From an uncultured Candidatus Rokubacteria bacterium (GTDB lineage Bacteria; Methylomirabilota; Methylomirabilia; Rokubacteriales; CSP1-6), in NCBI GenBank assembly GCA_963789955.1, contig CAWBMV010000034.1, positions 544,001 to 608,000 of the forward strand: a stretch of 64,000 bases of DNA. Reading direction: 5' to 3'. Positions 20,942 through 34,419 of this stretch are shown here, in pieces. The position numbers were made by a program, and so were the translations under genes. Below the pieces are notes generated by a model that was not told the origin of the DNA, ran no database searches, and saw nothing but the letters and a program-made list of their open reading frames with translations. The first letter of the stretch is position 1, and each line of letters begins with the position of its first letter.

Positions 20942-21238
20942 CTACTCGTGGTCGAACGGTCGCTTCGGTGGGCTCGGATCGTCCTTGGCCTTCTTCAGGC
21001 CCTCCTGGAACTTGCGGTCGAGCAGCTTGCCTTTCTCGCCCTCGGCGCGGAGCTGCTCCTTGAAGCGCTCCTCACGCTCGGCGGACTTGCTGCGAAGCTT
21101 GTCGAACGCGGCACCCAGGTCGTCGACGGACCGCGTCGGGGGCGGGGCCTCGTGCGAGATGATGGCCCGGAGCTCGGCGTCGAGCGTGAGCTTGGCCTTG
21201 CAGCACGGGCACTCGACGGTGAACGACGCGTCCGCCAT
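20942..21238 (-). CDS. Hypothetical protein (N-terminal CPCC, C-terminal coiled coil)
   Basis: Clean ORF adjacent to the synthase start. Confidence 0.75.
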   Translation of the reverse strand: MADASFTVECPCCKAKLTLDAELRAIISHEAPPPTRSVDDLGAAFDKLRSKSAEREERFKEQLRAEGEKGKLLDRKFQEGLKKAKDDPSPPKRPFDHE

Positions 21239-21285
21239 GGCGTCAAGCTAGCAGCGCGGCCCCAAAGGCGTCAAGCCGTGCGACA

Positions 21286-22212
21286 ATGCCGCCGATGGCC
21301 GATCTCGCCAACGAGTTTTCCTGGTCCCGAAGCCGGGACAACACCTTTCAGGAATGTCGGCGGCGGTACTTCTACCACTACTACGGCGCGTGGGGCGGAT
21401 GGGACGCGTCCGCGCCCGAGGACATCCGCCGTCTCTACATCCTCAAGCAGCTCGCGTCGCGCCAGATGTGGGCCGGGCGAGTGGTTCACGACGCGATCGA
21501 GATGGCATTCCACGCGTTCGCCGACGGCCACGAGCTGCCGATCGAGCCGTTCATCGCCGACGTGGTCGAGCGGATGCGCGGCGAGTGGCGCTCGTCGAAG
21601 GCCGCGCGCTACCGTGACAATCCCAAGACGCTCGCGCTGTTCGAGCACGAATACGCCATCGACCTGAAGCCCGAGGTGTGGCAGGCGCTCTCGCGCAACG
21701 TCGGCCTCTGCCTGCGTAACTTCTTCCGCCTGCCGCTGGTCGCGTCGATCCGCAAGACCTCGCCCGAGCACTGGTCGATCGAGCACTGGTCGAAGGTCTT
21801 TCAGTTCGAGGGGACGGCGGTGTGGATGGCGCCGGACTTCGGATTCTGGAACGACGACGGACGGCTGGCCCTCGTCGACTGGAAGACGGGCGGCTCGACG
21901 CCGGACGGCGCCGCCTTCCAGCTCGGCTGCTACGCGCTCTACGCCGCCGAGGTGCTCGGCGTGCCGCCGGCCAAGGTCGACCTGTTCGAGGCGAATCTGC
22001 GCGAGCCCGAGGTGACGCAGCTCACGTGGAGCGACGAGCGGCTCTCGGCCATCAAGGAGCAGCTCCGTCTCTCGGTGCGCTCGATGAAAGCGTATCTGGT
22101 CGATCCGGCCGCGAACGTCGCCGCGATCGCCGACTTCGAGAAGGCCGAAGACCTGAGAATCTGCAAATGGTGCAACTTCCGCGCGGTGTGCCGCCCGGAG
22201 CTCGGCTCGTAG
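21286..22212 (+). CDS. PD-(D/E)XK nuclease, AddB/Cas4-like, with a probable 4Fe-4S staple
   Basis: SWSR..ECRRRY, G..VHDAIE, PDF..LVDWKTG, QL..Y, C-terminal CKWCNFRAVC. Confidence 0.85.
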   Translation: MPPMADLANEFSWSRSRDNTFQECRRRYFYHYYGAWGGWDASAPEDIRRLYILKQLASRQMWAGRVVHDAIEMAFHAFADGHELPIEPFIADVVERMRGEWRSSKAARYRDNPKTLALFEHEYAIDLKPEVWQALSRNVGLCLRNFFRLPLVASIRKTSPEHWSIEHWSKVFQFEGTAVWMAPDFGFWNDDGRLALVDWKTGGSTPDGAAFQLGCYALYAAEVLGVPPAKVDLFEANLREPEVTQLTWSDERLSAIKEQLRLSVRSMKAYLVDPAANVAAIADFEKAEDLRICKWCNFRAVCRPELGS

Positions 22213-22246
22213 TCTCCGTCCCCATTCGAACGAACAGGAGAGCATC

Positions 22247-23038
22247 GTGAGAGAGAACACGCTGAGGAAGATCTGGGCGCGTGGTGAAGCGGTCGTGAAC
22301 GGCTGGCTGTCGATTCCGAGCTCGTTCTCGGCCGAGGTGATGGCCCACCAGGGATTCGACTCGCTCACCGTGGACATGCAGCACGGCGTGGTGGACTACC
22401 AGACCGCGGTGACGATGCTCCAGGCGATCTCGACGACGCCGGTGATTCCGCTGGCGCGCGTGCCGTGGAATGACCCGGCGCTCCTGATGAAGATCCTCGA
22501 CGCCGGCGCGTACGGGGTGATCTGTCCGATGATCAACACGCGGGCTCAGGCCGAGGCGCTGGTCGCCGCGTGCAAGTACGCGCCGCGCGGCTATCGCAGC
22601 TGGGGGCCGGTGCGCGCCTCGATCTACGCGGGGTCCGACTACGGGGATCACGCCAACGACGATCTGATCGTGATGCCGATGATCGAGACCGCCGAGGCGG
22701 TGAAGAACATCGACGACATCCTGCGCGTGCCCGGCATCGACGCGGTCTACGTCGGCCCGTCGGATCTCTCGCTCACGATGGGCTGCAAGCCCCGGCTCGA
22801 TCAGACCGACGCGCCGGTCGTGGAGGCGCAGCTGAAGATCGTCGAGGCGTGCAAGCGTCACGGTGTGGCGGCCGGGATCCACAACGGCACCGCCGCCTAC
22901 GCGCTCAAGATGATCGCCGCCGGCTATCAGTTCGTGACCCTGGCGAGCGACAGCCGCTTCATGGCCGTCAAGGGCGCCGAAGAGGTCGCGGCCGTGCGCA
23001 AGACCGGTGTCAGCGCCGGCAAGGTGCCGGCCTACTAG
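22247..23038 (+). CDS. HpcH/HpaI aldolase family protein
   Basis: GFDSLTVDMQHG, ARVPWND, ILDAGAYGVICPM, MIET, YVGPSDL. Confidence 0.92.
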   Translation: MRENTLRKIWARGEAVVNGWLSIPSSFSAEVMAHQGFDSLTVDMQHGVVDYQTAVTMLQAISTTPVIPLARVPWNDPALLMKILDAGAYGVICPMINTRAQAEALVAACKYAPRGYRSWGPVRASIYAGSDYGDHANDDLIVMPMIETAEAVKNIDDILRVPGIDAVYVGPSDLSLTMGCKPRLDQTDAPVVEAQLKIVEACKRHGVAAGIHNGTAAYALKMIAAGYQFVTLASDSRFMAVKGAEEVAAVRKTGVSAGKVPAY

Positions 23039-23052
23039 AGGTGCCCGTACCC

Positions 23053-23466
23053 ATGGGACTCGACGACACGAGCGTCCAGGGCTTTCTCGCGACGAAGGAG
23101 GTCGCGGTGCTGGCGACCCTGCAGGTCGACGGCGCGCCGCTGGCGATGCCGATGTGGTTCCTGCACGCGCCGGCGACGTTGACCATGATCAGCGTCGCGG
23201 ACACCCAGAAGGTGCGGAATCTGCGACGCGACCCGCGGGTGTCGGTCGTCGCCGAGGCGGTTACCGGCAGTGGCGAGATACGCGGGGTGACCGTGCAGGG
23301 GCGCGTCGAGTTCCTGTCGGACAGTCCCGAGCGTCGCGCGCTCGTCGACCGCTTCCACGAGAAGTATCGACGCCTCGAGAAGCTCTGGGACGGCAAGGCC
23401 ATGCCGGCGAATCGCGTCATGTTCCGGATCGTCCCCTCACGAGTGCGGAGCTGGGGGCTTGGATGA
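23053..23466 (+). CDS. Pyridoxamine 5'-phosphate oxidase-like (PPOX-class) flavin/F420-binding protein
   Basis: LATLQVDGAP..PMWF, KVRNLRRDPRVSVV. Confidence 0.85.
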   Translation: MGLDDTSVQGFLATKEVAVLATLQVDGAPLAMPMWFLHAPATLTMISVADTQKVRNLRRDPRVSVVAEAVTGSGEIRGVTVQGRVEFLSDSPERRALVDRFHEKYRRLEKLWDGKAMPANRVMFRIVPSRVRSWGLG

Positions 23467-24132
23467 TCTTGCCCGGCCGACGCCTGCGCCCGGAGACTCG
23501 CGGGAGCTGAACGGTCGATTCGACGCCGCGCTCAGGGCGCGGGTTCACCGGAATCTCGCCGGCTTCGCACGACAGCCGATCGCGCCCGACGGACGTCGTC
23601 CGGCTGCGGTCGCGGTCGTGCTGCTCCCCGATGAAGAAGGGCGCGCGTGCTTTCTCCTGACCCGGCGCACGGCGACCTTGCGCGCCCACGCGCGGCAGTG
23701 GGCGCTGCCCGGCGGGCGGATCGACGCCGGCGAGATCCGCCGAAGGCGCGGCGCTGCGCGAGCTCCGAGAGGAGGTCGGTCTCGGGCTCGAACCGAGCTC
23801 GATGCTCGGCCTGCTGGACGACTACGGCACGCGTTCGGGCTTCATCATCACTCCCGTCGTGACGTGGGCCGACGAGCACGTCGAGCTGACGCCGAATCCG
23901 GCGGAGGTCGCCCACGTGTACCGCGTGCCGCTCACCGAGCTCGACAAGCCCGATGTGCCGCGACTGATCACGATCCCCGAGAGCGACCGGCCGGTGATCC
24001 AGGTTCCGCTGCTCGTCGTCGCTCATCCACGCACCGACGGCCGCCGTGCTGTACCAGATCCGCGAGGTCGTCGTCCACGGCCGACCCACGCGAGTCGCCC
24101 ACTTCGAGCAGCCGACCTGGGCCTGGAAGTAA
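23459..24132 (+). CDS. Nudix hydrolase, CoA pyrophosphatase-like (two frameshifts)
   Basis: [43 protein letters not shown]. Confidence 0.85.
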
Positions 24133-24140
24133 TCGACGCG

Positions 24141-24207
24141 GTTGTTGAGCGGGGCCATGAGGCCGGCTTTGACCGAGGGGGGCCTGAGACAGACGCGACC
24201 CGGCTCC
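24141..24207 (+). repeat. Single copy of the dispersed REP-like repeat family
   Basis: AGCGGGG-CCATGAGGCCGGCTTTGACCGAGGGGGGCCTGAGACAGACGCGACCCGGCTCC aligns with 47276-47340. Confidence 0.8.
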
Positions 24208-24265
24208 GTCGGCAAACCCGATCGGCGACAACATGTATTCTCGTGTGGCTCAGGAGGGGGACTGG

Positions 24266-25047
24266 ATGGGCGTGCTCGATGGACAGGTTGCGATCGTCAC
24301 CGGCGCCGGCAGCGGGATCGGCCGGGAGACGGCGAAGCTGCTGGCGGCCGAGGGCGCCCAGGTCGTGGTCACGGGGCGGCGGCAAGGCAGCCGCTGGAGG
24401 CCGTCGTCGCCGAGATCGGCGCGGCTCGCGGGCGGGCGGCGGCCCGTCCGGTGGACATCGAGAATCGGGAGGCGGCGATCGGGCTCGTCCAGTGGACGGT
24501 CGACACGTTCGGCCGGGTCGACGTGCTCGTCAACAATGCCGGCTACTCGAGCCGGGCACGCTCGATCCGCTGGGTGCCGAAGGACGAGTGGGACGGGGTG
24601 ATCAACGTCAACCTGAACGCGGTCTACACGCTGACCCAGGCGGTCCTGCCCGGCATGATCGAGCGAGGCGGGGGCACCATCGTGACCGTGTCCTCGGCGG
24701 CGGCGCTGCGGCCCGGGCTGATCGGCGGCGCGCCGTACGGCGCGGCCAAGGCCGGCGTGCGGAACCTCATGGGCCACGTCCACAACGTCCTGCGCGCCAA
24801 AGGCATCAGGGCCACCACGATCATGCCGGGCGAGGTCGACACGCCGATCCTGTCGCGGCGCCCTCTGGTGCCCGACGACAAGGCGCGGGCGACGATGATG
24901 CAAGCAGAGGACGTGGCACGGGCGGTGCTCCTCTGCGCGACCTTGCCGCCGCGGACCGTGATCGAGGAGATCGTCATGAGTCCGACGATCGCGCGCGATT
25001 GGAGCGTGGACGTCGCGGTGGCGGCCCGCGAAGGGGGACCGGAATGA
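24266..25047 (+). CDS. SDR family oxidoreductase (frameshift near 24385)
   Basis: [17 protein letters not shown]. Confidence 0.9.
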
Positions 25048-25958
25048 CGGAGCAGAGCTCGTTCACGATCGTCGATGGTGGGCGCGTGACCGCGGTCGGC
25101 GAGGCCGAGGGCGCCGCGCTCGCGAAGCAGGCCGAGACGTCGGGCCGCCCCGTGGCGGTCGACCTCGACGAGCGCGCCGCCTATCTCGGTATCAGCGCCG
25201 CCGAGCGGGCGAAGGCGCTGGCCTCGCTCGAGGCGCCGGACTTCACCTTGCCCGATCTCGACGGCCGCCCGCATTCGCTGTCAGCACAGCGTGGCAAGAA
25301 AGTTCTGCTGGTCGCCTATGCGTCGTGGTGAGGGTGCCGTCTCGACCTGCCGGTCTGGCAGGGTGTCTACGAGGAGCTGCGGGGACTCGGCTTCACGGTG
25401 ATCACGGTGGCGATCGACAAGAGCGCCGATGACGCGCGGCCGTGGATCGAGGCGGCGAACCCGACCCATCCGTCGCTCATCGACACGACGCACGTGATCG
25501 CGGATCTCTACAACATCGTCAACGTGCCGACGATCCTCTGGATCGACGAGCGCGGCCGTATCGTTCGCCCGAACGACGTCGCGTTCGGCACCGACACGTT
25601 CACGCACATCACCGGTCTCCGGGCCGCCACGCACCTCGCGGCGCTCCGCGCCTGGGTGCGCGGTGAGACGACGGTCTTGCCGGAGGCCCGCATTCGCGCG
25701 CTGCAGTCGTTGCCGACCGACGACGACCAGCGGGCGCGCGCCGAGTTCGGGCTCGGCGAGTGGCTGTTCAATCGGGGACGAACCGAGGCGGCCGCACGCC
25801 ATTTCGCGAAGGCCGGCGAGCTGGCGCCTCACGACTTCACGATCCGACGCGGGACGATGCCCATGCGCGGGATCGATCCGATGGGCCCGCAGTTCCGCGA
25901 GATGCTCGGCGCGTGGGTCAAGGCAGGGAACCCTTACTATCGACCGTTGGCGGAGTGA
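25044..25958 (+). CDS. Probable selenoprotein: TlpA/peroxiredoxin-like thioredoxin-fold protein with a U-G-C motif (Sec at TGA 25329-25331)
   Basis: One frame reads APDFTLPDLDGRPHSLSAQRGKKVLLVAYASW-[TGA]-GCRLDLPVWQGVYEEL...VNVPTILWIDERGRIVR. TGA sits at the redox Cys position and a hairpin follows. Confidence 0.85.
25332..25367 (+). promoter_or_regulatory. Candidate bacterial SECIS element
   Basis: Stem CCTGCC (25346-51) / GGCAGG (25357-62) with a G-starting loop GGTCT 21 nt after the UGA. Confidence 0.7.
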
Positions 25959-25960
25959 CC

Positions 25961-26953
25961 ATGGGAATGCTCGACGGAAAAACAGCGCTGGTGACGGGGG
26001 CCGGACGTGGGATCGGGCGCGGGATCGCGCTCGCGCTGGCCGCGGCGGGGGCGAAGGTGGTCGTCAACGACCTCGGCGCGTCCTTGAGCGGTGAGGGCAA
26101 GGAGAACACGCCCGCGCAGACGGTGGTCGACGAGATCGTGAAGTACGGCGGGACCGCGAAGGCCAACTACGGCTCGGTGGCCGACTTCGGCCAGGCCGCG
26201 GCGATGGTGCAGCAGGCCATCGACTCGTGGGGCCGCATCGACATCGTCGTGCACGTGGCCGGCATCCTGCGCGACCGGATGATCTTCAACATGACCGAGG
26301 ACGAGTGGGACGCGGTGATCAACGTGCACCTCAAGGGCATGTTCAACGTCGTCCGCGCGGCCTCGGTCTCGATGCGCGAGCAGAAGAGCGGCCGCATCAT
26401 CAGCATGTCGTCGGTGTCCGCCCTCGGCGCGCCCGGGCAGCCCAACTACGCCGCCGCGAAGGCCGGGATCATCGGGCTCACCTGGTCCACCGCCAACGCG
26501 ATGGCGAAATACGGCGTGACCGTGAACGCGATCATGCCGAGCGGCGCCACCCGCATGATCGACTCGACGCCGCGCGGCCGGGCGGTCTTCGAGCAGACCG
26601 GCAAGTGGCCGAGCGAGCAGGCCGTGGGGACCGATCGTGATCCCGACAACGTCGCGCCGATCGTGGTCTACCTGTCGAGCGATGCCGCCGCGAACGTCAA
26701 CGGGCAGGTCTTCCACGCACGCGGCTTCGGCTACACCTTGCTCGCCCAGCCCCACGCGGTGCGCCACATCAAGCACCAGCGCCGCTGGGATCCCGAAGAG
26801 CTGACCAAGCTCTTCCCGGAGACTCTCGGCGGCAATCTCAAGCAGCCGCCGAGCATCGAGTTCGGTCAGAAGATCGACGAGCGCCCGGCCGACGAGTGGC
26901 GCGATCTCGGCGGCGGCCGGCGCTTCTGGAAGTCCCGGTACGAGGAGCCGTGA
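25961..26953 (+). CDS. SDR family oxidoreductase (3-hydroxyacyl-CoA dehydrogenase-like)
   Basis: TGAGRGIG, VVVNDLG, AGILRDRM, NYAAAKAG. Confidence 0.92.
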   Translation: MGMLDGKTALVTGAGRGIGRGIALALAAAGAKVVVNDLGASLSGEGKENTPAQTVVDEIVKYGGTAKANYGSVADFGQAAAMVQQAIDSWGRIDIVVHVAGILRDRMIFNMTEDEWDAVINVHLKGMFNVVRAASVSMREQKSGRIISMSSVSALGAPGQPNYAAAKAGIIGLTWSTANAMAKYGVTVNAIMPSGATRMIDSTPRGRAVFEQTGKWPSEQAVGTDRDPDNVAPIVVYLSSDAAANVNGQVFHARGFGYTLLAQPHAVRHIKHQRRWDPEELTKLFPETLGGNLKQPPSIEFGQKIDERPADEWRDLGGGRRFWKSRYEEP

Positions 26954-27432
26954 AAACAGTCCTGATGGTGTGCCACGCCAACACCGCTCGGAGCGTCATG
27001 GCCCAGCTGCTGCTGGAGCGGATGTTGGCGCGGCACGGCGCCGACGGCGCCATTCGTGTTCGGTCGGGAGGGATCGCGAACTACGCCCGTGACGGCATGA
27101 TCGCCTCGCTCGACGCGCGTCTGGCGCTCCGCGACGAGGGCATCCAGCTCGGCGAGAACGACTTCGTCTCGACCGACCTCCGCCGCCACCGCGATCACCT
27201 CGCGGGAGCGGACCTCATCCTGACGATGACCGTGCTCCAGAAGCAGATGCTGGCGGCCTTCGACGAGGTCCGCGACCGGCCGGTGTTCACGTTGCGGGAG
27301 TTCGTCGGCGAGGAGGGCGACATCGACGACCCGGCCACCCAGGGCGAGGACGTCTTCCGCGCTTGCCGCGACGAGATCAAGCGCTGCCTGGAAAAGTCGG
27401 TCCCGCGCTTGCTGGTGCTATTGTCGGGGTGA
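26950..27432 (+). CDS. Low-molecular-weight protein phosphatase family protein
   Basis: VLMVCHANTARS P-loop, ADLILTM, DIDDP. Confidence 0.85.
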   Translation: MKTVLMVCHANTARSVMAQLLLERMLARHGADGAIRVRSGGIANYARDGMIASLDARLALRDEGIQLGENDFVSTDLRRHRDHLAGADLILTMTVLQKQMLAAFDEVRDRPVFTLREFVGEEGDIDDPATQGEDVFRACRDEIKRCLEKSVPRLLVLLSG

Positions 27433-27469
27433 AGCGGGGGACCCCGATGATTGACGGCAGGGCCCGCGG

Positions 27470-30375
<2,906 letters not shown>

Positions 30376-30391
<16 letters not shown>

Positions 30392-30759
30392 TCCTGATCG
30401 TCGAGGACAACGAGAAGAACCTGAAGCTGGTGCGCGACGTGCTCCAGTACAAGGGCTACCAGACGATCGAGGCCGGGACCGGCGAGGACGGGGTGCGCCT
30501 GGCCAAGGCGCGAATTCCCGACCTGGTCCTGATGGACATCCAGCTCCCGGGCATGGACGGCATCACGGCGCTCGGACAGCTCCGCGCCGACCCGGCGACC
30601 CGGGCGATCCCGGTGATCGCGGTGACCGCCTCGGCCATGACCCACGACCGCAAGAAGATCATGGCGGCCGGCTTCGACGGCTATCAGAGCAAGCCGATCA
30701 AGGTGAAGGAGTTCATGGACGCGGTCCGCGAGATGCTCGATCGGCGGAGCGGAGCGTAG
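30376..30759 (+). CDS. Single-domain response regulator (DivK/CheY-like)
   Basis: ILIVEDN, LVLMDIQLPGMDG, AVTA, KP. Confidence 0.92.
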
Positions 30760-30765
30760 CGCGCG

Positions 30766-31890
30766 ATGCCCGAGAAGATTCTCGTCGTCGACGACGTGGC
30801 CGTCAACGTCAAGCTGCTGGCCGACCTGCTGGCGGTCAAGGGCTACACCGTCGTCACGGCGGCCAGCGGCGCCGAGGCGCTCGAGAAGATCGACAAGGAG
30901 CAGCCCGGCCTCGTCCTGCTCGACGTGATGATGCCCGGGATGAGCGGCTACGACGTGTGCCGGAAGATCAGACAGAACACGGCGACGGCGATGCTGCCGG
31001 TCATCATGGTGACGGCGCTCGATCCCACGCAGGAGCGGGTGAAGGGCATCGAGGCCGGCGCCGACGACTTCCTGACCAAGCCCATCAACCAGCCCGAGCT
31101 GCTCGCCCGGGTGAAGTCCCTGCTCCGGATCAAGCTGCTCCACGACGAGCTCGCCGACTGGAATCGCACGCTCGAGCAGCGGGTCGAGCAGCAGCTCGCC
31201 CAGCTCGATCGCCTCGAGCGGCTCAAGCGCTTCTTCTCGCCGCAGCTCGCCGAGCTGATCGTGAGCGGCGACACCGAGGATCCGCTGAAGAGCCACCGGC
31301 GCGAGATCACGGTGGTGTTCCTGGACCTGCGCGGCTTCACCGCCTTCGCCGAGACCTCCGAGCCCGAGGAGGTCATGGGCGTGCTGCGCGAGTACCACGT
31401 CGCGATGGGCCGGCTGATCCTCGAGCACGAGGGCACGCTCGAGCGGTTCACCGGCGACGGGATGATGATCTTCTTCAACGACCCGGTGCCGGTGCCGGAC
31501 GCGCCGGAGCGCGCGGTGCGGATGGCGGTGGCGATGCGCGAACGGGTCGACGAGCTGCTCGTGAAGTGGCACAAGCGCGGCTACGAGCTCGACTTCGGCA
31601 TCGGCATCGCGCAGGGCTACGCGACGATCGGCGCGATCGGATTCGAGGGCCGCATGGACTACGGCGCGATCGGCACCGTGACCAACCTGGCCGCGCGGCT
31701 CTGCGGCGAGGCCAAGCCGCGGCAGATCCTCGTCTCGCAGCGTGTGATGGGCGCGGTCGACGCGCTGGTCGAGGTGGAAGAGCTCGGCGGGCTCGCCTTG
31801 AAGGGCTTCTCGAAGCCCGTGCCCGCCTTCAACGTGCTCAGATTTTCCGGTTCCGTCCCGCCCAGTAGGGATCGCGCAGCAGGCGCTTGA
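30766..31890 (+). CDS. Receiver domain plus class III adenylate/guanylate cyclase
   Basis: REC (VVDD, LLDVMMP, KP); cyclase VFLDLRGFT, FTGDG, GTVTNLAARLC. Confidence 0.92.
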   Translation: MPEKILVVDDVAVNVKLLADLLAVKGYTVVTAASGAEALEKIDKEQPGLVLLDVMMPGMSGYDVCRKIRQNTATAMLPVIMVTALDPTQERVKGIEAGADDFLTKPINQPELLARVKSLLRIKLLHDELADWNRTLEQRVEQQLAQLDRLERLKRFFSPQLAELIVSGDTEDPLKSHRREITVVFLDLRGFTAFAETSEPEEVMGVLREYHVAMGRLILEHEGTLERFTGDGMMIFFNDPVPVPDAPERAVRMAVAMRERVDELLVKWHKRGYELDFGIGIAQGYATIGAIGFEGRMDYGAIGTVTNLAARLCGEAKPRQILVSQRVMGAVDALVEVEELGGLALKGFSKPVPAFNVLRFSGSVPPSRDRAAGA

Positions 31891-33367
31891 TGAGCTTGCC
31901 GGCGGTGTCGCGCGGAAAATCAGCGGGGAACGACACCTCCCGCGGCACCTTGTAGTCCGCCAGGTGCCGCCGCGCGAAGGCGCGGAGCTCGTCGGCCGTG
32001 AGCGCCTGATCGGGCCGGAGCTGCACCGCGGCGTGAACCCGCTCGCCCCAGTCGTCGTCGGGCACGCCGAAGACGGCCACGTCCTCGACGGCCGGGTGCC
32101 GGTGCAGGGCGTCCTCGATCTCGGCGGGGTAGATGTTGACGCCGCCCGAGATGATCATGTCGCGCTTGCGGTCGCAGAGCGTGTAGAAGCCTTCCGCGTC
32201 GACGTACGCCACGTCCCCGACCGAGTGCCAGCCGTCGCGCTCGGTTTGCCGTGTCGCCTCGGAATTCTTGTAGTACGCGTCGAACATGCCGCCGAAGCGG
32301 CGCACGTAGACCTCGCCGGGCTCGCCCGTGGGAACGGGCCGGCCGTCGTCGTCGAGCAGCGCGATCTCGATGTTCGGCGCCGCCCGGCCGCACGAGCCGG
32401 GCTTCCGCAAGACGTCCTCGGGTCTCAGGATGGTGTTGATCCCGAGCTCCGTCGAGCCGTAGAACTCGTAGAGGCTCGGCCCGAAGTAGGCGAGCGCCGC
32501 TTCCTTGACCCGCATCGGGCACGGCGCCGCCGCCACGACCAGCGAGCGCATCGAGGCGACGTCGTAGCGCGCCCGCACTGATTCCGGCAGGTCGACGATG
32601 CGCTTGATCAAGGTGGGCGCCATGAACGTGCTGGTGACCCGGTGCCGGTCGATCAGGTGGAGCGCCTGCTCGGGATCGAACTTCGGCATGACCACGACGG
32701 TCCCGCCGATCACCGCGGAGAAGAGCGCGAAGGATCCCGGAGCCGAGTGATAGAGCGGGCCCGCCACCAGATGCACGTGGCCCTCGTGGATCATGCCGAG
32801 CGCCTGCATGAAGGCGAGCGTGATCTGGGCATCGGATGCCGCGCGCAACGCGCCCTTGGGCTTCCCGGTGGTCCCGCCGGTGTAGATCATGGAGCCGCCG
32901 AGGCCCTGAGCCGGATCGACCGCCGGCGACTCGGTGCCGCCGCCGTCCAGTAGCTCGTCGAGACTTGTCGCCCACGGCCGGCGCTCGGCACCCAGAGTGA
33001 TCCAGAGACGTACCCGCGGGGCGTGGCTCCGGACCTCTCCTGCCATCGCCAGATACGGTCCTCCGACGAACGCCGCCACGGCATCGGAGTGCTCGAGGAT
33101 GTAGCCCACCTCGTCGGCCACCAGGCGGTGATTCATCGGGATCGGCACGGCGTTGGCCGCGCGGGTCGCGGCGGAAGCCAGGAGGTACTCGAGCGAGTTG
33201 GGCGCGTAGATGATGACGTGCTCGCCCCGGCCGACGCCCTGCTTGACGAGCGAGTTGGCGAGGCGGTTGCGCCGCTCCAGGAGCTCGCGCCAGGTCAGTC
33301 GCCGCTCGCCCTCGACCTGGGCGAGCGCGTCGGGCTTTGCCTGCGCGTGAATCGCGACGAAGTCCAA
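31838..33367 (-). CDS. AMP-binding acyl-CoA synthetase
   Basis: YTGGTTGKPKG, YGSTE, GD, DRKRDMIISGGVNIYPAEIE, GKL. Confidence 0.93.
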   Translation of the reverse strand: MDFVAIHAQAKPDALAQVEGERRLTWRELLERRNRLANSLVKQGVGRGEHVIIYAPNSLEYLLASAATRAANAVPIPMNHRLVADEVGYILEHSDAVAAFVGGPYLAMAGEVRSHAPRVRLWITLGAERRPWATSLDELLDGGGTESPAVDPAQGLGGSMIYTGGTTGKPKGALRAASDAQITLAFMQALGMIHEGHVHLVAGPLYHSAPGSFALFSAVIGGTVVVMPKFDPEQALHLIDRHRVTSTFMAPTLIKRIVDLPESVRARYDVASMRSLVVAAAPCPMRVKEAALAYFGPSLYEFYGSTELGINTILRPEDVLRKPGSCGRAAPNIEIALLDDDGRPVPTGEPGEVYVRRFGGMFDAYYKNSEATRQTERDGWHSVGDVAYVDAEGFYTLCDRKRDMIISGGVNIYPAEIEDALHRHPAVEDVAVFGVPDDDWGERVHAAVQLRPDQALTADELRAFARRHLADYKVPREVSFPADFPRDTAGKLIKRLLRDPYWAGRNRKI

Positions 33368-33439
33368 CCCGACTCCCGTTCTAGGCTCGCCTCGGACGGC
33401 GGGGCCCCAGCCCCGCGACGCCCTGCGGCTCGCAAGGCC

Positions 33440-34413
33440 TCACTTCGGGTAGAGGTGGCAGGCGACCAGGCGACCGGACTCGGGGAGTAGCTTCGGCTCC
33501 TCGCTCGAACAGCGCGGGAGCGCGTGGGGACAGCGCGGGTGGAAGCGGCAGCCGGCCGGCGGCGCCAGCGGGCTCGGCACCTCGCCGGTCAGGATGATCT
33601 CGTCGTCGCGCCGCTCGTCCGGATGGGACGGCAGCGCCGCCGAGAAGAGCGCCTGGGTGTACGGATGCTTGGGCGACTTCGAGACGGTGTCGGCGTCTCC
33701 GACCTCCACGATCTTTCCGAGGTACATCACCGCGATCGTGTGGCTCATGTGGGCGACCGCGGCGAGGTCGTGGGCGATGAAGAGGTACGACACGCCGAGC
33801 TGGGCCTGCAGGTCGCGAAGCAGGTTCAGGATCTGGGCGCGGATCGACACGTCGAGCGCCGAGACCGGCTCGTCGAGCACGACGACCTTGGGCGAGAGCG
33901 AGAGCGCTCGGGCGATCGCGATTCGTTGCCGCTGGCCGCCCGAGAACTCGTGAGGGAACAGATCGGCGGCGCGCTCCGGCAGGCCCACCAGCTCGAGCAG
34001 ACGCAGGACGCGCTTCTTGACCTCGGCCGACGGCAGCGACTCGTTGGTGACGAGCGGCTCGATGATGATCGAGCCCGACGCGCATTCTTGGATTCAGCGA
34101 CGCGAAGGGATCCTGAAAGACGGCCTGGACCGAGCGGCGGTAGGCGCGCAGGCTGCCTCCGTCGAGCGCCTGGAGATCCTGACCCTCGAAGCTCATGATC
34201 CCGTCGGTCGGCCGCTCGAGCAGGAGCACCATCTTGCCCGTCGTGGTCTTGCCGCAGCCCGACTCGCCGACGAGCCCGAGGGTCTTGCCGGGATCGATGG
34301 CAGAAGGAGATGTCGTCCACCGCACGGACGACCGCGACCTGGCGCGAGAAGAGCCCGCGCTTCACCGGGAAATGCTTGACGAGATTCTTGGCTTCCAGGA
34401 CCGGGCCGGCCAT
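33440..34413 (-). CDS. Peptide/nickel ABC transporter ATP-binding protein (OppF-like; frameshifts)
   Basis: [38 protein letters not shown]. Confidence 0.9.
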
Positions 34414-34419
34414 CGACGC

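Noticed and set aside
31838..31890. 53-nt convergent overlap of cyclase and acyl-CoA synthetase as antisense regulation
   Set aside because: Short 3' overlaps are common in high-GC genomes, and nothing else supports a regulatory role.
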